Positions 10,841-23,702 of a stretch of DNA of 64,000 nucleotides are shown piece by piece. The stretch comes from Candidatus Latescibacterota bacterium (lineage in GTDB: Bacteria; Latescibacterota; UBA2968; UBA8231): positions 6,656,001 to 6,720,000 of the forward strand of contig CBDETY010000003.1 of the NCBI GenBank assembly GCA_965243025.1, written 5' to 3'. Below the pieces are notes generated by a model that worked only from the letters and a program-made list of their open reading frames with translations, did not search any database and was not told the origin of the DNA. Every line of letters starts with the position of its first letter. The first letter of the stretch is position 1. Both the position numbers and the translations under genes were made by a program.

Positions 10841-11809
10841 ATGCTGCGGTCACGCCAGAAGCGAGCCACCGGCATCCACTTCGATGACCGGGGGTTGTAC
10901 GCCGTCGAGTTGGCCCGGGCGCGCGGCAGAACGGTGCTGGCCGGAAGCGCCCGCGTCGACCTGGAGGTATCGGCAGGAGTCGACCGTTCCACGGACTCCT
11001 CGCTGAGGACGGGGTTCACCGCCGCCCTCAAGAAGGCTCGCGGCCACCGCGGCATGCGCTTCGAGAATCCGTATGCGACTCTGCAGTCCGGGGCTGTGCA
11101 CCTCAAGCAGAGGCCGCCTTTTTTCGTCGGGAACGCAAAACGTCGGGGCCAGCTCGAATGGGAGGCTCGGCAGTTCCTTCCCGACGACCTCCGCTCCTAC
11201 GCACTCGACTGCTTCACGACGACGAGAGCCGTTTTCGTGGTGGCCGCACGGCGCGAGGGAATTGAAGAGGTGACGGCCATCTGCCGGGGCGCCGGGATCC
11301 CCCGGCCCAGGGTGGATGCCGCCCCCCTGGCGTTGTGCAACGCCGCCGAGTCGAGCGGAGCATCGGCGCCGGTCGGGATCGACCTGGTTCTGGATTTCGC
11401 CGGGGACCGGGCCACCATGATTCTGCTCGACCGCGGAGAGGTGGCGGCGGTCGAGTTCTGCAACTGGAACGGCCGCTACGCTCCGTATGCGCAAGGGGCC
11501 GTCGACATTCAGGAGGACGGGGAGGCGGCGGCTGCCGCGGCCGACCCGGCCAGGGGGGAGCAGTTGTCGCGATCGTTGCGCAGGCTGATGGATCTGGAGC
11601 TGGGTGGAGAGAACCCGGACCGGGTCTGGCTCTCGGGCAGGGAAGCTCTGGACGGGTGGCCGCAGGAGGTCGAGACCAGGCTGTCCCTCGGGAGCAGGAC
11701 CCTCAACCCCTTTGCCGACGTCGATACCGCAGGGGCGGAGGACGTGGCCGACCCGTTCGCTTTCGCAACCGCCGCCGGCCTGGCCTTCAGAGGTCTGTCG
11801 GAAGCGTAG
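10841..11809 (+). CDS. PilM/GspL-like actin-fold pilus assembly protein (divergent)
   Basis: Motifs GIHFDDRGLYAVEL, LEWEARQFLP, VVAARREGIE, VDAAPLALCNA, LVLDFAG, VWLSG, LNPFAD and FATAAGLAFRG follow the PilM pattern. Confidence 0.65.
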   Translation: MLRSRQKRATGIHFDDRGLYAVELARARGRTVLAGSARVDLEVSAGVDRSTDSSLRTGFTAALKKARGHRGMRFENPYATLQSGAVHLKQRPPFFVGNAKRRGQLEWEARQFLPDDLRSYALDCFTTTRAVFVVAARREGIEEVTAICRGAGIPRPRVDAAPLALCNAAESSGASAPVGIDLVLDFAGDRATMILLDRGEVAAVEFCNWNGRYAPYAQGAVDIQEDGEAAAAAADPARGEQLSRSLRRLMDLELGGENPDRVWLSGREALDGWPQEVETRLSLGSRTLNPFADVDTAGAEDVADPFAFATAAGLAFRGLSEA

Positions 11810-11818
11810 TGCCCCGGC

Positions 11819-12663
11819 ATGATACGCGTGGATCTGCGCCAATCCCATCGCCTGCGCTGGTTGCTGATCTCCGTCCTGGCGGCGGTCGGCGCCGGCATGG
11901 GGGTGCTCGCGCTTCCGGCGGCCTGGGACCTCCCGTTGCCGCCCGTAGAGGATCTGCAGGCGATCTTGCCGAAGTGGGGCACGCCGCCGCCGGCTGCGAA
12001 CGAGCTCCCGCCCGAAGAGGCGCCTGTCCCCGAATCCCCGGAAATCCCTCGGGGGAGTACCGCCTGTCTGCGTATCCTGCGCCTGGGGAATCAGCTTTCT
12101 CCTCCCCTTAGGTTGACCTCGCTGGCGGCCGACGGAAGCGGCGGATATCACCTCGAAGGGTCGTGCCGGGGCGACCAGGTGGAGAGCTTGCAGGGCATTC
12201 TCGATTCCCTGAAGAGACTGCCGGCGAAGGCGAGCCTGTCGTACTGGCGCGACCCGAATGCGGTGGAGGACCAGTACCGGTTCGCCTTCCGGGGAAAACT
12301 GAGCGGGTTCGGCGGAATGCCGCTGCCGCCGGTGACCGCGGCGGAAGGGGCGCAGCTGTTCGAGCAGGTGGTGGAGCGGGCGCGGGACGCCGGACTGCGC
12401 GGCGTCAATGCCGACGCCGTGGCACAGCGGCCGCTCGGCGAATCCCTTCTGCGCAAAAGGGGAAAGTTCTGGGGGTCTGGTTCCCGTTCCCAGATAACGG
12501 CTTTCGCGCGCGCGATCGGCTTGCCGACGAAACGGCGGGCACTGGTCGAGCTGCTCGTCGTTCCGGGCTATCCCGGTGAGAACGCGGACTGGGAGAGCGC
12601 CCAGATGTTCGCGACCGTCGACGTTGTGGTGAAGGCCGGGAAAAACCGAAACGGAGATTTGTG

Positions 12664-12664
<1 letters not shown>
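11819..12664 (+). CDS. bitopic membrane protein, PilN/PilO-like candidate
   Basis: Starts MIRVDL (PilN-like), followed by one TM helix, a Pro-rich linker and 'LRLTSL...LEG' of a ferredoxin-like fold; directly follows the pilM-like gene. Confidence 0.45.
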
Positions 12665-15237
<2,573 letters not shown>

Positions 15238-15248
15238 TGTCCAGTCCC

Positions 15249-16085
15249 ATGAAAACGCAGTGCGCGTCCCCCTATCGCCGCATCGAGGTCCAACCGCTCT
15301 CCGGTGCCGTCGGAGCCGAGATCAAGGGGGCCGACCTTTCCCGCCCCCTCGACCCCGACCTCCTGGCCGAGGTCCGCCGCGCCTTCCTCGACCACCTGGT
15401 CGTCTGCTTCCGCGGTCAGGAGCTCACCCCGGCGGAAGAGCTCGCCTTCGCCCGGCAGATGGGGGAGCCGGTTCCCTACCCGCAGCTCGAGGGGCTGCGG
15501 GGATTCCCCCTGATCACGGAGGTCGTCAAACGGGAGAACGAGTGGGTGAACTTCGGCGGCGTCTGGCATTCGGATACCGCCTACCTCGACTCCCCGCCGA
15601 AGGCGAGCCAGCTGTACGCCGTCGAGGTCCCTCCTTTAGGCGGCGACACGATCTTCGCCAACCAGTACGTCGCCTGGGAAACTCTTTCGGAGGGGTTGAA
15701 GAAGACCCTTGCCGGCCTTGCCGCGGTCAACATCTCCTCCAAACCGGAGATCTCGAGGACAAGGGACGATCGCCTGCGGGAAAAGGGGGAGGCCCTGAAG
15801 GTGCTGAGCGCGGTGCATCCGGTCGTGCGCACCCACCCCGAGACCGGGGGCAAGGCGCTGTACGTCAACCGCGCCCATACGGTCCGCTTCGAAGGTTGGA
15901 CGGAGCCGGAGAGCCGGCCATTGCTCGACTACCTGTTCGAGCACCAGGTGCGCCCCGAGTTCACCTGCCGCATCCGCTGGGAAAAGGGAACCCTCACCCT
16001 GTGGGACAACCGCTGCGCCCAGCACCTGCCGCTGAACGATTACCAGGGATACCGCCGCCTCATGCACAGGGTGACGCTGGCCTGA
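15249..16085 (+). CDS. tauD: TauD/TfdA-family 2-oxoglutarate-dependent dioxygenase
   Basis: Motifs GAEIKGADL, WHSDTAY, GGDTIFAN, HPVVRTHPETG, WDNRCAQH and RLMHRVTL. Confidence 0.88.
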   Translation: MKTQCASPYRRIEVQPLSGAVGAEIKGADLSRPLDPDLLAEVRRAFLDHLVVCFRGQELTPAEELAFARQMGEPVPYPQLEGLRGFPLITEVVKRENEWVNFGGVWHSDTAYLDSPPKASQLYAVEVPPLGGDTIFANQYVAWETLSEGLKKTLAGLAAVNISSKPEISRTRDDRLREKGEALKVLSAVHPVVRTHPETGGKALYVNRAHTVRFEGWTEPESRPLLDYLFEHQVRPEFTCRIRWEKGTLTLWDNRCAQHLPLNDYQGYRRLMHRVTLA

Positions 16086-16258
16086 GCGGACGTAAACCAG
16101 GGCCCTGGCGGTGTCCGAATTTCCTGTCTGCTGAAAAGGGACAGCGAGGAAACCTCCCGGACCCGGGAGTACCGGGATTCCCGGAACCGCCTCCCCCCGG
16201 CCAGGGAGGGCCGGGAGGTTGCACCGGGGGCCGATGGGAGAATAAGCCCGGGCGGCCT

Positions 16259-16450
16259 TCAGTTGCGGCCGGGCGGGTCGATCTCGACAAGGGAGGAGGG
16301 TGAGTCGGGGCCTTGCCCCTTCTCCTTCTTCCCGTTCCCGCGGCGGCGGGCGAACGGCCCCAGAACTCGCACCGCCACCCAGCCGGCGCAGAACCCGGCG
16401 ACGAGAAGCGCCGCCCAGGTCTGCCAGTTCTCTGTCGGGAAGCCGGCCAC
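16259..16450 (-). CDS. small single-TM protein downstream of feoB (FeoB-associated membrane protein-like)
   Basis: 63 aa; WQTWAALLVAGFCAGWVAVRVL TM helix followed by a basic tail; GTG start 18 bp after the feoB stop with a GGAGAG RBS. Confidence 0.55.
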   Translation of the reverse strand: MAGFPTENWQTWAALLVAGFCAGWVAVRVLGPFARRRGNGKKEKGQGPDSPSSLVEIDPPGRN

Positions 16451-16468
16451 GGTTGCTCTCCTGGCGCG

Positions 16469-18655
16469 TTACCCCAACCCCAGCCACAGGGCGCCGCGGT
16501 AGGTGGCCAGGGCGCCGGCGTAGGCGAGAAGGGTCATGTAGGCGAAAGTCAGCAGCGGCCACCCCCAGGATCCGGACTCCCGCTTGATCACCGCCAGCGT
16601 CGACATGCATTGGGCGCAGAGGGCGAAGAAGACCATGATCGACAGGGCTGCGGGGATTCCGATCGCCGGGCGTCCGTCCGGGCGCCTTGCCGCCTGAAGG
16701 GCGTGGCTCAGGTCTTGGGAGGTTTCGTCCTGGTCTCCTCCGAGGCTGTAGATCGTTCCCAGCACCGATACGATCACCTCCCGGGCCGGGAAGGAGGCGA
16801 GCGTCGCCATTCCTATGCGCCAGTCCCACCCCAGGGGGGCGACGAGCGGCTCGACGAACTTGCCGGCCTGTCCGAGATAGCTGACTTCCAGCAGGTGGGC
16901 GGCCTCGCGGCGTTCGATGTCGGCGAGCTCCCCGGCCGCGGCCTGGCGCTCCGTTTCGTACTGCTGCACCACCTCGACGGGCCGCGGGAAGTAGGCCAGC
17001 GCCCACATGACGATGGTGGTAGCGAGAATGATGCTGCCGGCGCGCAGGACGAAGGCCTTGCTGCTGTGGTATACCCGCAGGGCGACTGTGCGCGGCGCCG
17101 GCAATTTGTACGACGGCATCTCGAGCAGAAAGGGGGGCGGGTCCCCCTTGAGGAGGATCCTCTTGAGCAGCCAGGCGACCGGTACGGCAACCGCGGCCCC
17201 GACGCAGTACATGGCGAAAAGGGTCAGTCCCTGCAGGCCGACCCAGCTGCCGAGGAGGGCGCGGTCGGGGATGAAGGCGCCAATGAAGAGGACGTACACC
17301 GGCAGCCGCGCCGAGCAGCTCATCAGCGGCGCCACCATCATCGTCGTCAGGCGGTCGCGCCGGTCCTCCACGGTGCGCGTCGCCATCACCCCTGGAACGG
17401 CGCAGGCGAAGCTGGAGAGCAGCGGCAGGAAGGACTTTCCCGACAGCCCGCAGCGGCTCAGCAGCCGGTCCATGAGCAGGGCGGCGCGCGCCATGTAACC
17501 GCAGTCCTCGAGCACGGAGATGAACAGGAAGAGGATGGCTATCTGGGGCAGAAAGATCACCACCCCGCCGACTCCGGCTACGACCCCGTCGACGATCAGG
17601 CTGTGAAAGGGGCCGGGGGCCATCACCGCGGAGGCCGCCGCCCCCAGGGCGGAGAACAGCGCGTCGATGGCGTCCATGACCGGCACCGCCCAGGCGAAGA
17701 TCGCCTGGAACACCAGCGCGCTGAGGAGGGCGAATACCGCCACTCCGGCGACCCGGTGCATCAGGAGGCGGTCGATCCTGTCGGAACGGCTCGGGAGCAA
17801 CGGGTCTCCCTGAACCACCGAGTCCTCGAGCACTCGCTCGATCCAGGCATAGCGGACCTCGGTCTCGAGCGCGGCCAGCGGGCCCGGGGAACCGACCTCG
17901 CCCCGCATCCGCTCCAGGCGGGTGTTGATGGCGGTTCCCAGGGAGGCGCCGAGGCGTTGTTCGATGACCCCGCCCGCGTCGACGAGGGCGCGAAACGCCT
18001 CGACCCGGGACAGGCTCCTCTCGCGGCCGCCTGCGGCCACCGCCATGCCCTCCAGCGCCTGTGCCTGCTCGCGCAGGGGCTCGGGAAACTGCGGCAGGTT
18101 CGGGTGCGGTTGTTCTCCTGAATGCAGCACCGCCTCGATGGCCTGTTTCAGCGTCCTCAGGCCAAGGCGCCGTCTCGCGGAGACCGGAACGACCGGCACC
18201 CCGAGACGCGCGGACAGGATGCTGGCGTTGACCTCGACCCCGCGGCGCCGGGCGATGTCGGTCATGTTGAGGGCGACGACGACCGGGGTGCCGACTTCGA
18301 GCAGCTGGGAGACCAGGTAGAGGTTGCGGCGCAGGTTGCTGGCATCGACGATGGCGAGAACGAGGTCGACCTCGGGAGCCCCGGCCTGCTGGCCGAGAAG
18401 GAGGTCGACGGCGATGAGCTGGTCGGGGGCGTGGGCGGCGAGGCTGTAGGTTCCCGGCAGGTCGATCAGCTCGGCGGTTCCGCCCCCGCTCAGGGAGAGG
18501 GTGCCGCTCATGTGCTCGACGGTCACCCCGGGGTAGTTGCCGACGTGCTGCGAGAGCCCGGTGAGGGCGTTGAAAAGAGTGGTCTTGCCGGTGTTGGGGT
18601 TGCCGATCAGGGCGATCGACGGCGCCGGCTGGCGCCCGGGTGACGCTGCGGTCAT
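16469..18655 (-). CDS. feoB: ferrous iron transport protein B
   Basis: G motifs GNPNTGKT, VGNYPGVTVE, DLPG and NMTD; membrane motifs LEDCGYMARAA, PLMSCSARLPVY, FLLEMPSY and AREV. Confidence 0.96.
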   Translation of the reverse strand: MTAASPGRQPAPSIALIGNPNTGKTTLFNALTGLSQHVGNYPGVTVEHMSGTLSLSGGGTAELIDLPGTYSLAAHAPDQLIAVDLLLGQQAGAPEVDLVLAIVDASNLRRNLYLVSQLLEVGTPVVVALNMTDIARRRGVEVNASILSARLGVPVVPVSARRRLGLRTLKQAIEAVLHSGEQPHPNLPQFPEPLREQAQALEGMAVAAGGRERSLSRVEAFRALVDAGGVIEQRLGASLGTAINTRLERMRGEVGSPGPLAALETEVRYAWIERVLEDSVVQGDPLLPSRSDRIDRLLMHRVAGVAVFALLSALVFQAIFAWAVPVMDAIDALFSALGAAASAVMAPGPFHSLIVDGVVAGVGGVVIFLPQIAILFLFISVLEDCGYMARAALLMDRLLSRCGLSGKSFLPLLSSFACAVPGVMATRTVEDRRDRLTTMMVAPLMSCSARLPVYVLFIGAFIPDRALLGSWVGLQGLTLFAMYCVGAAVAVPVAWLLKRILLKGDPPPFLLEMPSYKLPAPRTVALRVYHSSKAFVLRAGSIILATTIVMWALAYFPRPVEVVQQYETERQAAAGELADIERREAAHLLEVSYLGQAGKFVEPLVAPLGWDWRIGMATLASFPAREVIVSVLGTIYSLGGDQDETSQDLSHALQAARRPDGRPAIGIPAALSIMVFFALCAQCMSTLAVIKRESGSWGWPLLTFAYMTLLAYAGALATYRGALWLGLG

Positions 18656-18685
18656 GCCCTGATTCGCCGCGCGGATTCCGGTATG

Positions 18686-18991
18686 CTACGTCGCCGCCGG
18701 CGGGTGGGAGCCGCCCGCTGAAAACGTCCGGTCGAGAGCCCGCACGCGAATGGTGGAGGCGTCTTGCCGGCGCATGGCGACCCGCCCCTCTCCTACCTGG
18801 AGGACGATCCGGCTGCCGCTTCGGATGACGCGGACGCGCACCCCCGGAACCAGGCCGATTTCGCGAAGCCGCGTCTCGACGGAGGTATTGCAGGGAGCTT
18901 CGACGACCTCGGCATCGACATCGAGGCCGCACTCGGACAGATTGGTAACCGGGGCGTTCTGCCCGTTCCCGGAGGTTCCGCTGGTGTTCAT
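18686..18991 (-). CDS. feoA: ferrous iron transport protein A
   Basis: RLREIGLVPGVRVRVIR...GRVAMR SH3-like FeoA pattern, upstream of feoB. Confidence 0.85.
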   Translation of the reverse strand: MNTSGTSGNGQNAPVTNLSECGLDVDAEVVEAPCNTSVETRLREIGLVPGVRVRVIRSGSRIVLQVGEGRVAMRRQDASTIRVRALDRTFSAGGSHPPAAT

Positions 18992-19024
18992 TCGATTCCT
19001 GCCGTTATCGAGCCGTTACCTGCC

Positions 19025-19107
19025 GTATGCATGGCAAACAATCTGTTTGGCATGACAAACAGATGATTGATATGCCAAAGATAGATGCCTCCGTCAGCGT
19101 ACGTCAA
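19025..19107 (-). promoter_or_regulatory. feoAB sigma70 promoter with three tandem DtxR/TroR-like operator boxes
   Basis: Minus strand TTGACG (19107-19102)-N18-TATCTT (19083-19078). Palindrome ATCTGTTTG-gcatga-CAAACAGAT at 19041-19064, with degenerate copies centred 21 bp and 20 bp to either side. Confidence 0.6.
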
Positions 19108-19291
19108 TCGGCTTTTTGCCGGGTTCGGCCGTTGTATCCGGCATCGCTGCGCGTCCGGCCGGCGGCGCCGGACTCCGCCCGAAAACGCCGGTCCCCAGGG
19201 CAGCAACGAGCCGGACACCCTGCCGGGATTTTTCGAGAGGAGCCGGACGGGGTGCGATGGAAGGGAGGAAAGGACCGTTTCGAGGGGGGCT

Positions 19292-20572
19292 TCAGCGGGT
19301 GGGGATCTCCTTGCCCTGGGGGTCGAGGGCACGCTCGGCCACCTGCCGGTCGATCTCGCGTTCGAGGCGCTCGTCGATGTAGTGCTCGAGGATGTCGGCC
19401 GGATCGTGCACGTGGTCGGGCCGTATCCCCAGCTCGTTGAGATAGGTCTCCCACAGCCGGTGGCCGCGCAGCAGGCGCAGCCCCTCGCTGTGGCCCAGTT
19501 CAGTCAGCCGCAGCCCGGTCGCGGTCTGCCGGAGCAGGGCGCGGCGGCGCAGGCGGAGCAGGGCGAGGCGGGCGAGCAGGGGATTTACCGAGGCCTTTCC
19601 GCGCAGCTCCGGGGCCGGCCAGCGCCGGTTCTCGTCGACCTCGGCGGCCCGCACCATGGAGAGCAGCAGGTGGTCCTGGGCGATTCTGACCGACAGCTGG
19701 GTCCGCTGCCAGAGCCGCGCCAGCAGCCCCTGCCGCGGCGCGAGGGTAACCGACAGGGCGAAGATCCCGCCGAGGAGAACGACGATCGCCCCGGCGATCG
19801 AGCTGTTCCACAGGCCGGCGGCGTAGTAGCCCCCCAGGGCGGCGGCGACCCCGAACAGGACCGCAGCGGTCAGCACCATCGGCAGGCGGTCGCTCCACAG
19901 ACAGGCCGCGGCCCCGGGGACGATAAGCAGGGCGACCACGAGAATGGCCCCTACCGACTCGAAGCTCGCCACGGTGGTCACCGATACCGCTCCCATCAGC
20001 AGGTAATGGACGACGGTGGCGTTGATGCCGACGGACAGCGCCATGGCCGGGTCGAACGAGGCGATCACCAGCTCCTTGTAGAGCAACCCGACGAACAGCA
20101 GGTTGAGGAGGAGGACCGGGCCGAGGATCCACAGGGGCCGCGGACCGAGGTCGGTATCCCCCCAGACCAGGACGTCCCACGGGGTGTAGGCGATTTCGCC
20201 GTAGAGGACGCACTCCTGGTCGAGGTCGACCTGTCCTGCGTAAGCGGAAATCAACACCACCCCGAAGGCGAACAGGGAGGTGAAGACGATGCCGATCGAG
20301 GCGTCTTCGGGGACCTGCCAGCGGCGGTGGAAGGCTTCGACGAGAAGCGCGGTGACCAGCCCGAAGGCGGCGGCGCCGGCGAACATCGGAAGAATGGCCC
20401 GGCTCTCGGAGAAGAGGAAGGCGATGGCGATTCCGGGAAGCACCGCGTGGCTGAGGGCGTCGCCGAGCAGGGACATCCTGCGCAGCACGAGGAAGGTGCC
20501 GAGAAGGGCGCAGGAAGCCGCCGCGAGCGCCGCGGTCAGAAGAATGGACCACTCCCCCTGGACCGCGGTCAC
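19292..20572 (-). CDS. Mn/Zn/Fe ABC permease (TroD-like) fused to a C-terminal DtxR/MntR-type domain
   Basis: GTG at 20572 overlaps the upstream stop. Permease motifs GTFLVLRRMSLLGDALSHAVLPG, YKELVIASFDP and FESVGAILVVA; C-terminal HRLWETYL, HVHDPADILEH and DPQGKEIP. Confidence 0.88.
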   Translation of the reverse strand: MTAVQGEWSILLTAALAAASCALLGTFLVLRRMSLLGDALSHAVLPGIAIAFLFSESRAILPMFAGAAAFGLVTALLVEAFHRRWQVPEDASIGIVFTSLFAFGVVLISAYAGQVDLDQECVLYGEIAYTPWDVLVWGDTDLGPRPLWILGPVLLLNLLFVGLLYKELVIASFDPAMALSVGINATVVHYLLMGAVSVTTVASFESVGAILVVALLIVPGAAACLWSDRLPMVLTAAVLFGVAAALGGYYAAGLWNSSIAGAIVVLLGGIFALSVTLAPRQGLLARLWQRTQLSVRIAQDHLLLSMVRAAEVDENRRWPAPELRGKASVNPLLARLALLRLRRRALLRQTATGLRLTELGHSEGLRLLRGHRLWETYLNELGIRPDHVHDPADILEHYIDERLEREIDRQVAERALDPQGKEIPTR

Positions 20573-21903
20573 GAGGCCGCCCTGTCTTCGCCGCCGGCTC
20601 CGTAGCGGCTGCCGGTCTGGTGGATGTTGATCACCCTGGCCGGGTCGAGCCCGTGTTCGCGCTCGAGGATTTCCTCGAGGCGGGCGATGATTTCGGGCGT
20701 CAGCAGGTGCTCGACCTCGTCGGCCGCCCGGTCGACGTGGTCGGGGGCGAGGATGTCGCGGTAGACGAGGAAATGTTCCCACAGGCGGTGCGACTTGACT
20801 ACGAAGGTCGCCTCGGACATCCCCGCCACTGTCAGCTCGATGCCGCCGTTCCCGGCCCCGGCGAGGCCGGCGCGCCCCAGCCCCTTCGCCTCGGCTCGTA
20901 CGCGGTCCGTATCCCAGCCCAGCTCGGCGGCGATCTCGCCGACGGAAAACCGCTGGCGGCCGGGATGCGCCTCGAGCAGCTCGATCACTGCCCGCAGGAA
21001 ATGGTGGCGCCGCTCGCGGCGCTCGTTGGCGCGCCGCCGGCGCAGCCGCGCCAGGATTCCGCGCCGGGGGCCGAAAACTGCCGAAAACAGGAAGAACCCG
21101 GTCGCCACCATGACCATCACCGGCCCGGTCGGCAGGCGCGGGGCCATGGCGCTCAGGCAGGTACCGGCGATACCGGAAAGACCTCCGAAGAGGGCGGCGG
21201 TCAGCACCATCCGGTGCAGGCGCTCGGTCCAGAAGCGGGCGGCCACTGCCGGGGTGATCAGCATGGCGGCGATCAGCACCACTCCGACCGCCTGCAGTCC
21301 GACCATGACCGTCATCACGATCAGGCCCATCAGGGCGAGGTCGACGGCGCGCACCGGAAAACCGAGGGACTGCAGGAAGCCCGGGTCGAAGATCAGGGCC
21401 TTGAACTCCTTGTAGAGCGACAGCAGGACGGCGATGATGGCGAGGCTCATCGCGGCCATGACGAGGATGTCCTCCCTGACGATGGCCGCGGCCTGGCCGA
21501 ACAGGAACTTGTCGAGGCCGCTCTGGTTGCCGACGCGGCTGCGCTGGATGTGGGTGAGCAGGACGATGCCGCCCCCGAAAAAGACCGAGAGCACGATGCC
21601 GATGGCGGAGTCGGCCTTGAGGCGCGTGTGGTGGACGACGAAATGGATGACCAGCATGCCGGCCACCCCGGTGGCGGTGGCCCCGGCGATCAGCACCGGC
21701 AGCGACTTGCTGCCTGTCAACATGAAGGCGAGGGCGACGCCGGGAAGAGCGGCGTGCGCCAGGGCGTCACCCATCAGGCTGCGGCGCCGGAGGACGGCGA
21801 AGGTCCCCAGCATGCCGCCGGTGGCGCCGATGAGCAGAGAGCCGGCGAGGACGAAGCGCACGTTGGCGTCGGCGAGCGCGAGGACTTCCCAGGGTGCGGT
21901 CAT
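20569..21903 (-). CDS. Mn/Zn/Fe ABC permease (TroC/YtgC-like) fused to a C-terminal DtxR/MntR-type domain
   Basis: Permease motifs GTFAVLRRRSLMGDALAHAALPG, GLDKFLFGQAA and LPTGP; C-terminal winged HTH (SVGEIAAELG) plus SHRLWEHFL and HVDRAADEVEHLLTPE. Confidence 0.9.
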   Translation of the reverse strand: MTAPWEVLALADANVRFVLAGSLLIGATGGMLGTFAVLRRRSLMGDALAHAALPGVALAFMLTGSKSLPVLIAGATATGVAGMLVIHFVVHHTRLKADSAIGIVLSVFFGGGIVLLTHIQRSRVGNQSGLDKFLFGQAAAIVREDILVMAAMSLAIIAVLLSLYKEFKALIFDPGFLQSLGFPVRAVDLALMGLIVMTVMVGLQAVGVVLIAAMLITPAVAARFWTERLHRMVLTAALFGGLSGIAGTCLSAMAPRLPTGPVMVMVATGFFLFSAVFGPRRGILARLRRRRANERRERRHHFLRAVIELLEAHPGRQRFSVGEIAAELGWDTDRVRAEAKGLGRAGLAGAGNGGIELTVAGMSEATFVVKSHRLWEHFLVYRDILAPDHVDRAADEVEHLLTPEIIARLEEILEREHGLDPARVINIHQTGSRYGAGGEDRAAS

Positions 21904-21912
21904 CCTCCCGGA

Positions 21913-22718
<806 letters not shown>

Positions 22719-22722
<4 letters not shown>

Positions 22723-23660
22723 TCAAGGGCCTCGACGATGGTGTCGACGTTGGACCGCACCATGCCGGCGTAGGTGTCGGCGCCGCTGCCCGACCCCCCC
22801 ATGGCGTCGGAGTAGAGGGTGCCGCCGATGACGACCTCGTGGCCGCGGGCGAGACAGCCCTCGCGCACGGCGTTGATCGAACGCTCGGGCACGCTGCTTT
22901 CGACGAAGATCGCCGGCACGCGGCGGGCGACGATGAGGTCGACGAGGTGGCGCACGTCGGCGACTCCGTACTCGGCCACGGTCGAGATCCCCTGCAGCCC
23001 GACGACGTCGATTCCGTAGGCGCGGCCGAAATAGCCGAAAGCATCGTGGGCGGTGACCAGCATCCGCCGTTCCTCCGGGATCTGCCCCAGGCGCTCGCGA
23101 ACCCAGGCATCCAGCCCGGCGAGCTCGGAGCCGTACCTGGCCCCGTTGGCCGCGAACAGGGAGGCCCCCTCGGGGTCGGCTTTCGACAGGGCGGCGACGA
23201 CGACGCCGATCGTCGACCGCCACATGTCGACGTCGAACCAGATGTGGGGGTCGTAGCTGCCGTCGAACCCGGTGGGCTTGCGCAGCTGCTCCTCGGGAAC
23301 GGCGCTCGAGACGGCGATCACCGTCCCGGTGCGGGCCATCTTGCGGAAGATCTCGTCGAGCTTGCCCTCGAGGAAGAGGCCGTTGTAGAAGATGACGCGC
23401 GCCGCGGTCAGGTGTTCGAGGTCCCCCCGGGTCGCCTTGTAGTAGTGGGGATCGACGCCGGGTCCCATCAGGCCGGTCACCTCGACCCGCGAGCCGCCGA
23501 CCTCGGCGACCAGGTCGGCGATCATCCCGGTCGTCGCCACCACCTTGAGGCGTCCCGGTCCGGACTGCCCGGTTTCGACCCGGGAATCGCCGCATCCGGC
23601 AAGGCAGGCGGCGGCGATGGCGGCAACGGCGATTGCCGCCATGGTCCTGAAAGGTTGCAT
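22719..23660 (-). CDS. troA: metal ABC transporter substrate-binding lipoprotein (TroA/MntC-like)
   Basis: Lipobox LAGC; motifs MGPGVDPHYY, YDPHIWFD, TAHDAFGYF and LYSDAMG. Start placed at ATG 23660 behind an AGGGG RBS (ATG 23696 is an alternative). Confidence 0.9.
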
Positions 23661-23702
23661 GCCCCTTTTCTTCCAGTCTGTTGCGAGTGAAAGCATCGCG
23701 AC

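Noticed and set aside
15636-18932. 1098-aa minus-strand ORF
   Set aside because: Arg/Pro/Gly-rich off-frame shadow of feoA/feoB and antisense to tauD; no domain motifs; typical high-GC artefact.
19025-19083. CRISPR-like repeats or a Fur box upstream of feoA
   Set aside because: The units are 14 bp with 6-7 bp gaps, there are no cas genes, and there is no GATAATGAT-like Fur consensus; better explained as DtxR-type operators.
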